A stretch of 64,000 nt of DNA, taken from positions 352,001-416,000 of the forward strand of contig CBDCTZ010000013.1 in the NCBI GenBank assembly GCA_965222375.1. Reading direction: 5' to 3'. Shown here in pieces: positions 37,686 to 47,529 of the stretch. The notes below the pieces were generated by a model that saw nothing but the letters and a program-made list of their open reading frames with translations, searched no databases and was not told where the DNA came from. This stretch comes from Polyangiaceae bacterium. GTDB taxonomy: Bacteria > Myxococcota_A > Polyangia > Polyangiales > Polyangiaceae. The position numbers and the translations under genes were made by a program. How positions within the stretch are numbered: position 1 is the stretch's first letter; each line of letters opens with the position of its first letter.

Positions 37686-40214
37686 ATGGTTTCTTCACTT
37701 CAGTCCCCGGCCAAGACCGGCTTCGCCCTCACCCTCCTGTCCGCCCTGGCCCTGGGCTGCTCCGGCAGCGACGACTCCGGCCCCGGCAGCGACGGTGTGC
37801 CCGGTGAAGACCTCGGAGTGCAGTGCACGGGCAAGTGCGACGGCTGGGGCAGCATCAAGAGCTACTACCGCGACGCCAAGAATCTAGATCTGGGCGACCT
37901 AGTCGCAGTTGGCGCGGGCTTCGCGGGCGAAGGCCTCAACGACACCCTGGAAGTGAGCGACTTCGCCGGGATCAAGATCGCCGAGCCCAAGTTCTACACC
38001 ACCAAAGCCAAGGCCGCTCAAGACCTCACCCTCGAGGATTTGGACAAGCTGGTCTCGGGCCTCGCCAGCACCTTCGGCGAAAAGGAGCTCACTACCGAGG
38101 TCAACGCGCTGCGCCTCTCGCACCTGAACGGCTCGAGCGACGAACTCTATGCCGAGCTGGCCTTCCAAGTGGGCGCCGGCGTGCACGGTTGGAACATCGC
38201 CACCGGCGGGTTCGGCAGCGGCTCCGTCAATGTCGGCTTCGACGCCAACGCGTCTCTGGGCGTGCGGGTCATCGGCGCCTACGACGACGAAACTTCCGCC
38301 GTGGGCGGAGCGCCCCTCAAGGCCATGCGCGCCGCGCGTGGATTCATTTTGCCACGCAGCGTCGAGGACATCCGCGCCCTCAAGCCCGGTGAAGTGATCG
38401 CCTGGTCCGGCGACGGCAACATCGGCCTCAACGTCGGCGTCGGCGTTCCGCTGCTCGTGGCTTCGCCCACTCCCGCGCTCAGCTACGGCATCGTGCTTTC
38501 CGCGGGTCTCCGCACTCGCCTCGGCGGCGACGTAGACGTGCAGGTCGTGCGCCTCGGTGGCGACCAGGTCGTCGTCGATGTCGGCGTGCAGGTCGCCAGC
38601 ATCCTTTCCGCGGAGCTGGCCATCGACGACAGCTGGGGCGTACTTGGTTTGGTCAAGAAGAGCGCCGACATCGGTGGCTCCAACGTCGACCTGGGCAAGC
38701 TCGTCGACAAGTCCCTGCGCAAGCAGCTCGACGACAAGCTCAGCTTCGTTTCCGCTCGCTTCGAAAAGAGCAAGCAAAAGACGCGACTGAACGTGGCTCG
38801 CATGCGCTTTTCCCTCGACGCGGGCGGCGATCCCCAGGCGCTGGAGCAAGCATTGGCCCAGGCGCTCCGCGGCGACGTGCGCTTGGCTCAAGCCCTGGCC
38901 AATCGAGGCGAGCCCGGTGTCACGGCTGAGTTCGACATCTCCCGCTCCGGCGTCAGTGCCACGAGCACCGCAGGCGCGGAGATCTTCGGCATGCATTTCT
39001 TCAAGAGCGTCACCGAGGGCAGCGGCTCCGTCGTCGTGCAAACCCCCGGTGGTGCACGCACCTTGCTCTTCGATACCCTGCACAAAGAAGGCGGCTGGTT
39101 CTTCTCGTCTCACGGCTACACGCGAGTGGGCGTGAGCGGCCTCGTCTATGACGCCGGCAGCGGTGGGTTGCCCCAGAGCGAAGCGAACCTCTTCGTGCAG
39201 ATCCAGGAAGGCGACAAATACATGGAGCGGGACAAGCTCCTCGATCACCTCGACTCGGTGATCCGCGCCGTGGGCGGCAAGAGCGCGCTGCAGGCCATCG
39301 AGGGCCCCGGCAACGAGCTGGAGGCGTACGTGCACAATACCTGCAACCCCAGCCCCGCCTTCGATCCTTGCCGCAGCAACGTGCTCAGTGATCCGAAAGT
39401 CGTCAGCTTGCGGGCGCAGGGCGAGCAAGCTTTGGCCCAAGCCGTCGCGAGCCTCGAACCCGCCGCGCAGGATCTGGTCAAGAAGTGCGGCAAGCTCCGC
39501 CTCGACACTCAGGCCACCGTCGAGCCTGCCGCCACCTTCGTCGGCCCCAACGCCAGCGTGGTGCTCGACTACCGCATGGATGATCGAGCCGTCACCTCGC
39601 TTTTGGTCGACAAGAACCGCTTCGACATCAAGAACGCCGTGCTGGCCCACCTCGAGGCCGTCACCATCAAGCGTCAGGATTCGGCCACGGACATTCAGGC
39701 CGCTCGCGCCAAGCTCGATGGTGGCAAGACGGCCGAAGCCCTCGACAGCCTGATGGACATCTACGACGACGCTTCGGGCAAGTACGTTCGCCTCGTCGCC
39801 GCCGAGACCTCCGTCATCGACAACCTCGGCCCCATCGGCCCCCGCGCCGTGGAACTGCGCTTCCCCGTCGATGGTCAGAAGAAGGTCGACTACGAGAAGG
39901 CCACCGCCTCCTCCTTCAGCCAAGCCCGCTCCCGGGTCGCCCTCGAGTTCTTCGACAAGCTCGTCGAAGCGAGCAGCCCCCTCGGTCGCCACAACGAACA
40001 GCCCGCTGCTTACGCGCTGCTATCCCTCGTGCCCGCCGGCCAGCTGGACGTGCGTTTGGACGTCGATATCGATCTCGCCGACAACCTGGGCCAGAACTTC
40101 GACCACTACAAGCAAGCGGGCTGGGTGGAGTTCGACAGCTACGCCAAGGGCACCCAAGTCGCACCCATCGACGGCGGGCAGTTCTCCGTCGACGCGTTGC
40201 TCAATCTGAAATAG
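37686..40214 (+). CDS. Large lipoprotein of unknown function (about 842 aa)
   Basis: LALGC lipobox, CTGKCD motif, strong GC3 codon bias, downstream hairpin. Confidence 0.85.
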   Translation: MVSSLQSPAKTGFALTLLSALALGCSGSDDSGPGSDGVPGEDLGVQCTGKCDGWGSIKSYYRDAKNLDLGDLVAVGAGFAGEGLNDTLEVSDFAGIKIAEPKFYTTKAKAAQDLTLEDLDKLVSGLASTFGEKELTTEVNALRLSHLNGSSDELYAELAFQVGAGVHGWNIATGGFGSGSVNVGFDANASLGVRVIGAYDDETSAVGGAPLKAMRAARGFILPRSVEDIRALKPGEVIAWSGDGNIGLNVGVGVPLLVASPTPALSYGIVLSAGLRTRLGGDVDVQVVRLGGDQVVVDVGVQVASILSAELAIDDSWGVLGLVKKSADIGGSNVDLGKLVDKSLRKQLDDKLSFVSARFEKSKQKTRLNVARMRFSLDAGGDPQALEQALAQALRGDVRLAQALANRGEPGVTAEFDISRSGVSATSTAGAEIFGMHFFKSVTEGSGSVVVQTPGGARTLLFDTLHKEGGWFFSSHGYTRVGVSGLVYDAGSGGLPQSEANLFVQIQEGDKYMERDKLLDHLDSVIRAVGGKSALQAIEGPGNELEAYVHNTCNPSPAFDPCRSNVLSDPKVVSLRAQGEQALAQAVASLEPAAQDLVKKCGKLRLDTQATVEPAATFVGPNASVVLDYRMDDRAVTSLLVDKNRFDIKNAVLAHLEAVTIKRQDSATDIQAARAKLDGGKTAEALDSLMDIYDDASGKYVRLVAAETSVIDNLGPIGPRAVELRFPVDGQKKVDYEKATASSFSQARSRVALEFFDKLVEASSPLGRHNEQPAAYALLSLVPAGQLDVRLDVDIDLADNLGQNFDHYKQAGWVEFDSYAKGTQVAPIDGGQFSVDALLNLK

Positions 40215-40218
40215 CGCG

Positions 40219-40237
40219 AGAGCCCTTCGGGGGCTCT
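40219..40237 (+). terminator. Putative terminator-like stem-loop
   Basis: AGAGCCC-TTCGG-GGGCTCT just after the stop at 40214; no strong U-tract. Confidence 0.4.
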
Positions 40238-40450
40238 GACGTTCTGAGTTCCAGCGGCCACCCGCATCAGCGCTTTGTTTGTTTGGGGTCGCGGGATTGG
40301 GGCGGCGTTGGTGCCCTAATCTCGCGGTGGGGCAAACCAGCGCGACGGCCCCATTGCCGAGTCGCCTAGGCCGCGGCATGCTCGCGCGGTGCAGCATCCA
40401 CGCGGCGCCATGGCCACCCTCCCGCGCGCGCTAGCTCCTGGAGCGTCGCC

Positions 40451-41509
40451 ATGAGCGTTCGGCGCCGCGGCGGTACTTGCGCTCGGCGTTGCGGGGTCAT
40501 GCTTCTGGCCGCCAGCTGTAGCCTGACACTTGGAGCTGGGGCTCAAACAGCGGCCAGCGGCGCGACGGACCCAGAGAGAATTACGGCTTCATTGTCCTGG
40601 GTTCGCGCCGCCGACACCGAAGGCTGCATTTCCACCGAAGCGCTCTCCTCGGAAGTCGAAGCGCGGCTGGGGCGTTCCGTGTTTGGCGCTCGGAGTTCGG
40701 CTGATATGCGCATCGAGGGCAGCATCCAACGAGTCGACTCACCGAACGTACGCTGGCGCGTGCGGTTCACGCTCTACGATGTGGGTGGGAAACCTCTTGG
40801 TCACCGCGACCTCGAAAGCGATCGGGAGGATTGCGCGGCTCTGGATGACTCCCTCGCACTGATCGTGGCACTCCTGGTCGACCTGCACAAAGACGAGGCC
40901 CGGGAGCAGCAGCGCCGGCTAGCGCCACGGCCTCCCGCGAAGAAGCCGACGACCTTCCGCATTCCCAAACGCACCCGCAAGATAGACCGGCGCCGAGCAC
41001 CGGAAGTCTGGTCGGCAGTCGGCGTGTCCACTAGCTATGGCTATCTGCCACAAGCAGCTCTCGGCATTCGGCTCGCGGTGGGTCTCGACCCGGCGGTCTT
41101 CTGGCCAATGGAACTCGACGCCATCCTGACCTTTCCGAGCGAGCGCCACACGAACACGGGCGGCGCTCGCTTCACTGCGAGATCCGTGGGTCTGTCAATC
41201 TGTCCACTGACGTTGCGACAGAGCTGGGTCGTGACCCGTGCCTGTGCAGGAGGGCGGCTTGGGCAGCTGATTGCGACGGGCTTTGGTTTCGATGAAACCC
41301 ACGAGCCGAATGTGCTGGTTCCGAGCGGACTGGCGCGCGTGACGGCGATGTTTCCTCTCGGCGACCACTTCGGCGTCAGCGCGGGAGCCGGGGCGCTGGT
41401 CCCACTGAAACGCCCCCGCTTTGTCGCTGATGAGGCGGGGACCGTGCTGCTCCATCAGCCCTGGCCCGTCAGCCCTCTGGTCGAGTTGGCTGGGGCGGTG
41501 CGTTTCTAG
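40451..41509 (+). CDS. Exported protein of the ECF module with a beta-strand-rich C-terminus (possible outer-membrane protein)
   Basis: Signal peptide; LSWVR....C, VEARLGRSVF, C..L..SLALIVALLVD; ends in AVRF. Confidence 0.7.
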   Translation: MSVRRRGGTCARRCGVMLLAASCSLTLGAGAQTAASGATDPERITASLSWVRAADTEGCISTEALSSEVEARLGRSVFGARSSADMRIEGSIQRVDSPNVRWRVRFTLYDVGGKPLGHRDLESDREDCAALDDSLALIVALLVDLHKDEAREQQRRLAPRPPAKKPTTFRIPKRTRKIDRRRAPEVWSAVGVSTSYGYLPQAALGIRLAVGLDPAVFWPMELDAILTFPSERHTNTGGARFTARSVGLSICPLTLRQSWVVTRACAGGRLGQLIATGFGFDETHEPNVLVPSGLARVTAMFPLGDHFGVSAGAGALVPLKRPRFVADEAGTVLLHQPWPVSPLVELAGAVRF

Positions 41510-41598
41510 CGTCAAGCGCCCCATAGCAAATAGGCCAATAAATTCAAGTATTTATAAATTCCTCCATAATCCTGACCTTCAGTCCAAACGAACCAAGT

Positions 41599-42180
41599 AT
41601 GTGGATGGCAATGCCGTTGCCGGACCAGGTCGCGGAGCTGGAGCCGCCCTCCCGCGCCCGAGCGGCTCTCGACTTCCAGCAGGTGTTTCAGGCGCACGCG
41701 GGTTTCGTGTGGCGCACGTTGCGCTATCTGGGCGTACCAGAGAGAGAGCTGGAAGACGCAAGTCAAGAGGTCTTCCTCGTCGTCCACCGGCGCATAGCCG
41801 ACTTCGAGCAGCGCTCAGCGCTGACGACCTGGCTGTACTCCATTGCCAGCAATGTTGCGGGCAACTTCCGCACGCGCGCCCATCACCGTCGGGAGGTCGT
41901 CAGCGAGACGATTCCTGAACGCGCCCAGTCAGCCCCCCAATTGGAACAGGTGGCGCAAGCCGAGGCACGCAAGTTGCTCACGGCGTTGGTCGGAGTGCTC
42001 GATGCCGACAAGCGCAACGTCTTCATCCTGGCCGACATTCAGCAGCTACCCATGGCGCAGGTCGCCGAGGCAGCGGGCTGCGCGATTCAGACGGCCTACT
42101 CCCGCCTGTACTCAGCGCGGAAGCAGCTAGCATCGGAGCTCCGACGGCGACAACTCGGGAGGAAAACCCATGGTGGATGA
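41599..42180 (+). CDS. ECF RNA polymerase sigma factor
   Basis: HAGFVWRTLRYLG, EDASQEVF, TWLYSIA.N, TAYSRLYSAR. Confidence 0.93.
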   Translation: MWMAMPLPDQVAELEPPSRARAALDFQQVFQAHAGFVWRTLRYLGVPERELEDASQEVFLVVHRRIADFEQRSALTTWLYSIASNVAGNFRTRAHHRREVVSETIPERAQSAPQLEQVAQAEARKLLTALVGVLDADKRNVFILADIQQLPMAQVAEAAGCAIQTAYSRLYSARKQLASELRRRQLGRKTHGG

Positions 42181-42919
42181 TCTGGAGCCCATCGGCGACG
42201 ATGCGTTGTCGCGACTGGTCGATCAGGCCCGCGGCGAAGACCCGCCCCCTGAGGCGATGGAGCGAATGGCTGCCAAGTTGATGCCCCCAGCGACGGGGGT
42301 GGCACCCGCTCCCAAGAGTCCAGGCCTCTGGGGTCTGAAGGGCCTGGGGACCCTGGGCGTGATCGCGGTGGCGGGCGGCGTAGCCTGGTGGTCCTCGCAG
42401 GATGTCAGCCCCTCCGCACCCACGTTGGTCGCCTTAGCGGTGCAACCCGTTGAAGCAAGAACGGTCACCCCAGCCCAACCGAGCGCGGCGCCACCGGTCC
42501 CCTCGACGGCGCCGCCGGATCCGAAGCCAGTCGTGTCGGTGCGACAGGCCCCCTCCCCCGCGCCGGCAGCGCCTTCTGCGGAGCCGCTGGATCAGGCCAA
42601 GATGCTGGAGCTGGCGCGACGCAAGCTAGCTTCGGATCCCGCGGGCGCATTGGCGCTCGCGGAAAAGGCACGCACGGTCAAGGGGGGTAATCTGGGAGCT
42701 GAGGCGGAGATCATTGCCATCGAAGCTCTCGTCCGCAGCGGCAGAGCCAGTGACGCTCGATCACGCGCGCAGCGGATGCTGACACGCTCACCGAACACTC
42801 CCTACAAGCGCAGACTCAGGGACATCTTGGGAGAACCGATGTCAGCTGCAGAAAAAAAAATCAAAAACTCGCCTGGTGACTCAAACCAACGTTCCAACAG
42901 CCCGCGCGCGGGCGACTGA
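42170..42919 (+). CDS. Putative anti-sigma factor (single TM, Pro-rich linker, TPR-like C-terminus)
   Basis: Overlaps the sigma stop; TM LGTLGVIAVAGGVAWW; LELARRKL..DPAGALAL...EAEIIAIEALVRSGR. Confidence 0.75.
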   Translation: MVDDLEPIGDDALSRLVDQARGEDPPPEAMERMAAKLMPPATGVAPAPKSPGLWGLKGLGTLGVIAVAGGVAWWSSQDVSPSAPTLVALAVQPVEARTVTPAQPSAAPPVPSTAPPDPKPVVSVRQAPSPAPAAPSAEPLDQAKMLELARRKLASDPAGALALAEKARTVKGGNLGAEAEIIAIEALVRSGRASDARSRAQRMLTRSPNTPYKRRLRDILGEPMSAAEKKIKNSPGDSNQRSNSPRAGD

Positions 42920-42933
42920 GGAGCGAGTTACAC

Positions 42934-45141
42934 ATGATCACACGACAGCCAGGGCCCCCATCGAACACGACAGATCGACGACCGTGGATCGTCGCGAGCG
43001 CGGGCCTGGCGAGCCTGCTGGGTGCGATGGCCGCGGGTGCGGGTTGCAGTACCAGCGACGAACTCGTCGGACGCAACATCGGGGGAGGACCGGGCATTGG
43101 TCCAATGGAGTCCTGCGGAAACGGGTTGGATGACGACGGGGACGGCGAGATCGACGAGGGCTGTCCTTGTGACCTGGGGCAGAGCCAATCGTGCTTCACC
43201 GGCAGCGCGGCCCAGCAGAACGTAGGGCAGTGCCGCTCGGGCAAGATGGCCTGCGAGCCAGATCTGAGCCGCGAGAACCTGCCCAACAAGTGGGGCGCCT
43301 GCAGCGGCGAAGTCGGACCTGCGACCGAGCAGTGTGGCGATGATCTCGACAACGACTGCGACGGCGCCAAGGACGAAGGGTGCCCTTGTAGCGGCGGCGA
43401 GTCGCGGGCGTGCGCAACCGAGTACCCCACGGTCGGGCCATGTCAGCCCGGGCAGCAGACCTGTGGCAGCGATGGCTTGTGGTCCGAGTGCACGGGCGCC
43501 GTTGGGCCGGTGGCTGAACTGTGTCAGGACGGTGTGGACAACGACTGTGACGGCGAGACGGACGAGGAGTGCCAAGTCGATGGTGGGACCGGGGGAGCAG
43601 GTGGGAGCGGGGGAGCTGGCGGCAGCGGCGGCGCCAGCGGTGGCGGCGGAGCCAGTGGCAGTGGCGGCAGTGGCGGGTCGGTCACCGCCGAGCCGTGCAC
43701 CACACCGATGGTCGCGGACTTCCGCGATCGCATCACGTGGCACACGCCGATCCCCGATGCAAACAGGTCCATCGTCAACGTGGGTGGCCACAGCGAGGCC
43801 CGAATCGCTGGAGCCAGCAGCTCGTTGGTCGCCGTCTCCCTGAAGTCCGTCTTGAAAGGGCCGTACACATTTGGAGCGACGACCACGGCGGAAGACCGCC
43901 TGGGCTATCTTTCGTTCGCGACGGGCGCGCCGAGTACAACCCACCCTTGGCCTGGGCCGGGGCGCATCTTCGATACCAATTCCGCGCGCCTCTCGGTCGT
44001 GGGAACCTTCCTGGGCAGCCTCGACGTGGGGCTGGGTGCGTGGGCCAGCAACCCAACGCTCTACACCGCACCCGTGGGCCCTCCGGTCAAGGTCGCGGAC
44101 TTGTACGTCGCGAGCGCAGGCGTCCCATCCGGAACAGTCTCCGGCGGAACTCACTTGAGCATCTCCGGCGTACCCGCGGACCCTGCGCCTGGCTCGTTCC
44201 CACCGGAGTTCACGCCGTTCGCGACCGGCACGGATCCGAACGGCAATCACTACGTCACAGGCAGGTTCGAGGGGACGATTGCGGCGGACGGCAAGAGCGC
44301 GAGTGCGCCAACACCCTTCGCGAAAGGCCAGTGGGCTCAGTATGTTGCAAGCCTGACACCGGCGGGGTCGCTGCGATGGATCCAGGCAACGCCAAAAAGC
44401 ACCGGGCGAGAACTCGTGGTGGACCCCAGCGGCAAGTACTTGGCCGTAGTTACCGACACGATCGACGCGGCTCCGCCTCACCTGGATGTGATCCAGCTGT
44501 TGGACACGGCAACCGGTGTCGAGCTCTTCAGCCATGCAGGCGAGGGCGCAAACATATGGGCGGCGAGCGTCGACGGCTCGGGCAATGTGATCGTCTTCGG
44601 CGAGAGCCAAACCGGGTTTTCGCTGGGTGGTTTGAACGTCTCGTCGGCGATGAACTACGTGGCTTCCTTCGACAAGACCGGCAACTTGTTGTGGTCGCAT
44701 GAACTCCTGCCCACCTCGTGGCCTGCCTACCAGAGCAATCGCTTTCAGGTGGCGAGCAACGGCACGATTGCCGCCTTCCTGCTCGGCGTCAGGCACGTCA
44801 GCTCCACGAAGCCGATTCGAGTGCAAATCGGTACCTGCGGTCGCGACGTGCCCCGCCGGGGCTACGCCAAGAGCCCAGCAACGGGCAAGGCAGTTCCTTT
44901 CACGTCGGGGAACAGCCAATTCGAAGTCAGCGAGCTTCTTTTGGCGGTGCTCGATGCACAGACTGGCACCCACCTGTGGTCACGCCTCGTAGACTGGGAA
45001 AACTCCTACGCATCCATGGCCATGCATCCCGGTGGAGACGCGGTCATCATGCTGCACGACTACACGCCGGCGGCAGCCGTGGACTTCGGTACTGGGCCGA
45101 AATCCGACACGAGCCACGTCTTTCGAATCAAGGCCCAATGA
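42934..45141 (+). CDS. Lipoprotein with three MopE-like metal-binding repeats, Gly linker and propeller-like domain
   Basis: GAGC lipobox; CGNGLDDDGDGEIDEGC, CGDDLDNDCDGAKDEGC, CQDGVDNDCDGETDEEC; YVASFDKTGNLLWS, VDFGTG. Confidence 0.85.
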   Translation: MITRQPGPPSNTTDRRPWIVASAGLASLLGAMAAGAGCSTSDELVGRNIGGGPGIGPMESCGNGLDDDGDGEIDEGCPCDLGQSQSCFTGSAAQQNVGQCRSGKMACEPDLSRENLPNKWGACSGEVGPATEQCGDDLDNDCDGAKDEGCPCSGGESRACATEYPTVGPCQPGQQTCGSDGLWSECTGAVGPVAELCQDGVDNDCDGETDEECQVDGGTGGAGGSGGAGGSGGASGGGGASGSGGSGGSVTAEPCTTPMVADFRDRITWHTPIPDANRSIVNVGGHSEARIAGASSSLVAVSLKSVLKGPYTFGATTTAEDRLGYLSFATGAPSTTHPWPGPGRIFDTNSARLSVVGTFLGSLDVGLGAWASNPTLYTAPVGPPVKVADLYVASAGVPSGTVSGGTHLSISGVPADPAPGSFPPEFTPFATGTDPNGNHYVTGRFEGTIAADGKSASAPTPFAKGQWAQYVASLTPAGSLRWIQATPKSTGRELVVDPSGKYLAVVTDTIDAAPPHLDVIQLLDTATGVELFSHAGEGANIWAASVDGSGNVIVFGESQTGFSLGGLNVSSAMNYVASFDKTGNLLWSHELLPTSWPAYQSNRFQVASNGTIAAFLLGVRHVSSTKPIRVQIGTCGRDVPRRGYAKSPATGKAVPFTSGNSQFEVSELLLAVLDAQTGTHLWSRLVDWENSYASMAMHPGGDAVIMLHDYTPAAAVDFGTGPKSDTSHVFRIKAQ

Positions 45142-45218
45142 CCGCCGCGAGCCAAGGGACTGAGGGGTGGCCGCTGGCGGCCTCCCAGGGCGCTTGTCTC
45201 TGTGCGGGGCTCAGAAGC

Positions 45219-45923
45219 TCACGTACCTACGTCGGCAGTCGCCAGGCGAGCTGCGCTTTTCGCGTGGATGGCAGCGGTGTCGAAGACAGGGACGGGCGCG
45301 TCTCGTTCGCGCAGGAGCAGGCCGATTTCGGTGCAGCCCAAGATGACGGCCTGGGCGCCGTCGGCGACCAGCTGCTCGATGACGCGGCGAAACTCGGCGC
45401 GGGAGCGCTCCTTGATCTCGCCATGGCACAGCTCGTCGTAGATCACGTCGTGGACGAGGATGCGGTCGGGCTCGGGGGGCACGCGCACAGCGAGGCCATG
45501 GCGCGTTTCGAGGCGACCGCGGTAGAAATCACGCTCCATGGTGAAGCGGGTTCCGAGTAGCCCAACGCGCTTCAAGCCCGCGCTTGCGATCGCTTCCGCC
45601 GTCGCATCCGCGATATGCAGCAGAGGAATCGAGACCGCTGCCTCGATCGGCTCCGCGACGATGTGCATCGTGTTCGTGCAAAGCACGATGAAGTCGGACC
45701 CTGCCGTCTCGAGCCGCCGCGCTGCATCTGCCAGGAGCTGTCCCGCCTCCTCCCAGCGGTCCTGCTGTTGCAGCGTCTCGATCTCGTGAAAGTCGACGCT
45801 CCACATCACGATCTTTGCCGAGTGCAACCCACCGAGCCGCGCGCCCACCTCGCGATTGATCAGCTGGTAGTACACCGTCGTGGATTCCCAGCTCATCCCG
45901 CCGAGCAGACCGATGGTCTTCAT
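45219..45923 (-). CDS. Asp/Glu racemase family amino acid racemase (YgeA/RacX-like)
   Basis: IGLLGGMSWEST, LCTNTMH, LLGTRFTM, ILGCTEI. Confidence 0.95.
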   Translation of the reverse strand: MKTIGLLGGMSWESTTVYYQLINREVGARLGGLHSAKIVMWSVDFHEIETLQQQDRWEEAGQLLADAARRLETAGSDFIVLCTNTMHIVAEPIEAAVSIPLLHIADATAEAIASAGLKRVGLLGTRFTMERDFYRGRLETRHGLAVRVPPEPDRILVHDVIYDELCHGEIKERSRAEFRRVIEQLVADGAQAVILGCTEIGLLLRERDAPVPVFDTAAIHAKSAARLATADVGT

Positions 45924-45969
45924 TGGATTCAGGGTTTAACAAACGCGCGGCGCGAGCGCCCCGGCTTGA

Positions 45970-46698
45970 TCAGAAACTCTTCCCGGCAAGAGTCCACACG
46001 CCAATGGTGTTGGCGTCTAGGGTCGCTTGGGTCTGGTCGATCCAGCCCGCTGATGGGCTGGGGCCACAGTGGCCCGTGATCATATCGAAGATGTACACCT
46101 CTTGGCTTCCTTCGCTGACGCCTTCGCCGTAGTGATAGTCGACGACGTCCTGGGACAGATCGCCGACCACGCCACGCTTCCAATTCAGGCCCCAGCGGTC
46201 GTCCTTCTTGCGAAGCCGCCGCACGACCTCGAACAAGAAGTCATTGTTGCCTCCAGTGTCCACGCAAGAATTGGCCAGCCAATCCGGATGATCCGCCGCA
46301 ACCTGCTGCACCAGTGCGTATTCGTCCGGCCCGGGAGCTGGGAATTTTGCAAACGGTGGTTTGCTCGGCGAGCCCGCCACTGCACCGGTGCCACCGCTGC
46401 TGCTGCCAGCTGCACCGCCGCTACTCGATCCAGCGGTGCCGCCGCTGCTGCTGCCAGCGAAACCGCCGCTACTCGCTCCAGCGGTGCCGCCCGAGGGGAA
46501 CCCGCCACCACCCACACACCCAAAGCAGGAGCCGTAGCTCTTTCCGTCAGAGTTGCAGACCTGCGCGCCCTGCCCGCCGCCGGGACAATCGCACTTGCGT
46601 TGCTCACCTTCCACGCAGCTCGAGCTGGCGGGCGATTTCTCGTCCTCCCCGCTGCACCCGAACGCGATGCCCGCCACCATCAAGAGCCCCCAACGCAT
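45970..46698 (-). CDS. Lipoprotein with Cys motif, Gly/Ser linker and a globular C-terminal domain
   Basis: IAFGC lipobox; C.CPGG..G.Q.C; SSGG repeats; DDRWGLNWKRG...SQDVV. Confidence 0.8.
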   Translation of the reverse strand: MRWGLLMVAGIAFGCSGEDEKSPASSSCVEGEQRKCDCPGGGQGAQVCNSDGKSYGSCFGCVGGGGFPSGGTAGASSGGFAGSSSGGTAGSSSGGAAGSSSGGTGAVAGSPSKPPFAKFPAPGPDEYALVQQVAADHPDWLANSCVDTGGNNDFLFEVVRRLRKKDDRWGLNWKRGVVGDLSQDVVDYHYGEGVSEGSQEVYIFDMITGHCGPSPSAGWIDQTQATLDANTIGVWTLAGKSF

Positions 46699-46849
46699 GG
46701 TGCATGATCTCTCGTCGAGAGCGCGCTGTCGAGGGGTTGCCGACCAGTTTCGTTGCGCCTGCAAGTTTGTGTTGCTGCTGATTCGGGCCGTCTAGGGTCG
46801 AACCTGAGAATACAGACTCGCCGGCGCCATGCTCAACAACGGAGAGCGG

Positions 46850-47437
46850 TCACGTCCCGGCTTCGAGGAGTTCTGCACCCATGATCTGGAAGAGCTTTGA
46901 ACCGTCGTCCGAAGACCAGTCTTGCGCTAACTCCGACAGCACGGCTACCGTCGTTGTCAACGTGACGCCGGCCCGCTCCATACGCCGAAAGGCCATTTCA
47001 TCAGCGAGGCGTGAAGTACCTCCTGAGGCGTCGACGACCGCATGCACCGAAAATCCATCCGCCGCCGCGCTGATAGCAACTGGGGCAAGACACACGTCCG
47101 TCGTCACGCCTGCCATGATCAGCTTCTTGCGATCGGTTCCGCGCACTGCGCTGGCAAACGCGTCGTCGCTCCAGCTGTTGACGATGCCACCACGTTTCAC
47201 GCGTTGCTCGTAGGCGTCCGGAGCAATCGCTTCGAGGGATGGTATGAGGCGCCCTTGCATGGCTTCCTCCACGCTCGTCGTCAGAACGAGCGGTATGCTG
47301 AGTGCGACGGCGGCTTTCGCCAACACCTCCGCGTTGCGCTTGAGATCCGCCTGGTCCACGCTCGCGGTCCAGCCGATGGTTCCCACCTGGTGATCGATCA
47401 GCACCATGGCTACGTTTTTCGAGGAAAGTGTAGTCAT
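46850..47437 (-). CDS. Isochorismatase family hydrolase (YcaC-like)
   Basis: LIDHQ, LTTS, NSW, AGVTTDVC, VVDASG. Confidence 0.92.
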   Translation of the reverse strand: MTTLSSKNVAMVLIDHQVGTIGWTASVDQADLKRNAEVLAKAAVALSIPLVLTTSVEEAMQGRLIPSLEAIAPDAYEQRVKRGGIVNSWSDDAFASAVRGTDRKKLIMAGVTTDVCLAPVAISAAADGFSVHAVVDASGGTSRLADEMAFRRMERAGVTLTTTVAVLSELAQDWSSDDGSKLFQIMGAELLEAGT

Positions 47438-47499
47438 TGGTCGCTCCTTTCAACAGCAGCATAGGAGCGGGAATTGTGCTGTCTACTGATGAAATAATG

Positions 47500-47529
47500 A
47501 ACTATTGTTCGTCTAAATGAACAATAGTT
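47500..47529. promoter_or_regulatory. Inverted repeat overlapping the LysR start codon; probable LysR operator
   Basis: AACTATTGTTC-N8-GAACAATAGTT perfect 11-bp arms in the AT-rich divergent spacer. Confidence 0.6.

Noticed and set aside
37899..39992. Long antisense ORFs (also 42928-44973, 29940-31790, 53331-54335, 59744-60736)
   Set aside because: Shadows of GC-rich, codon-biased real genes on the opposite strand; no protein motifs.
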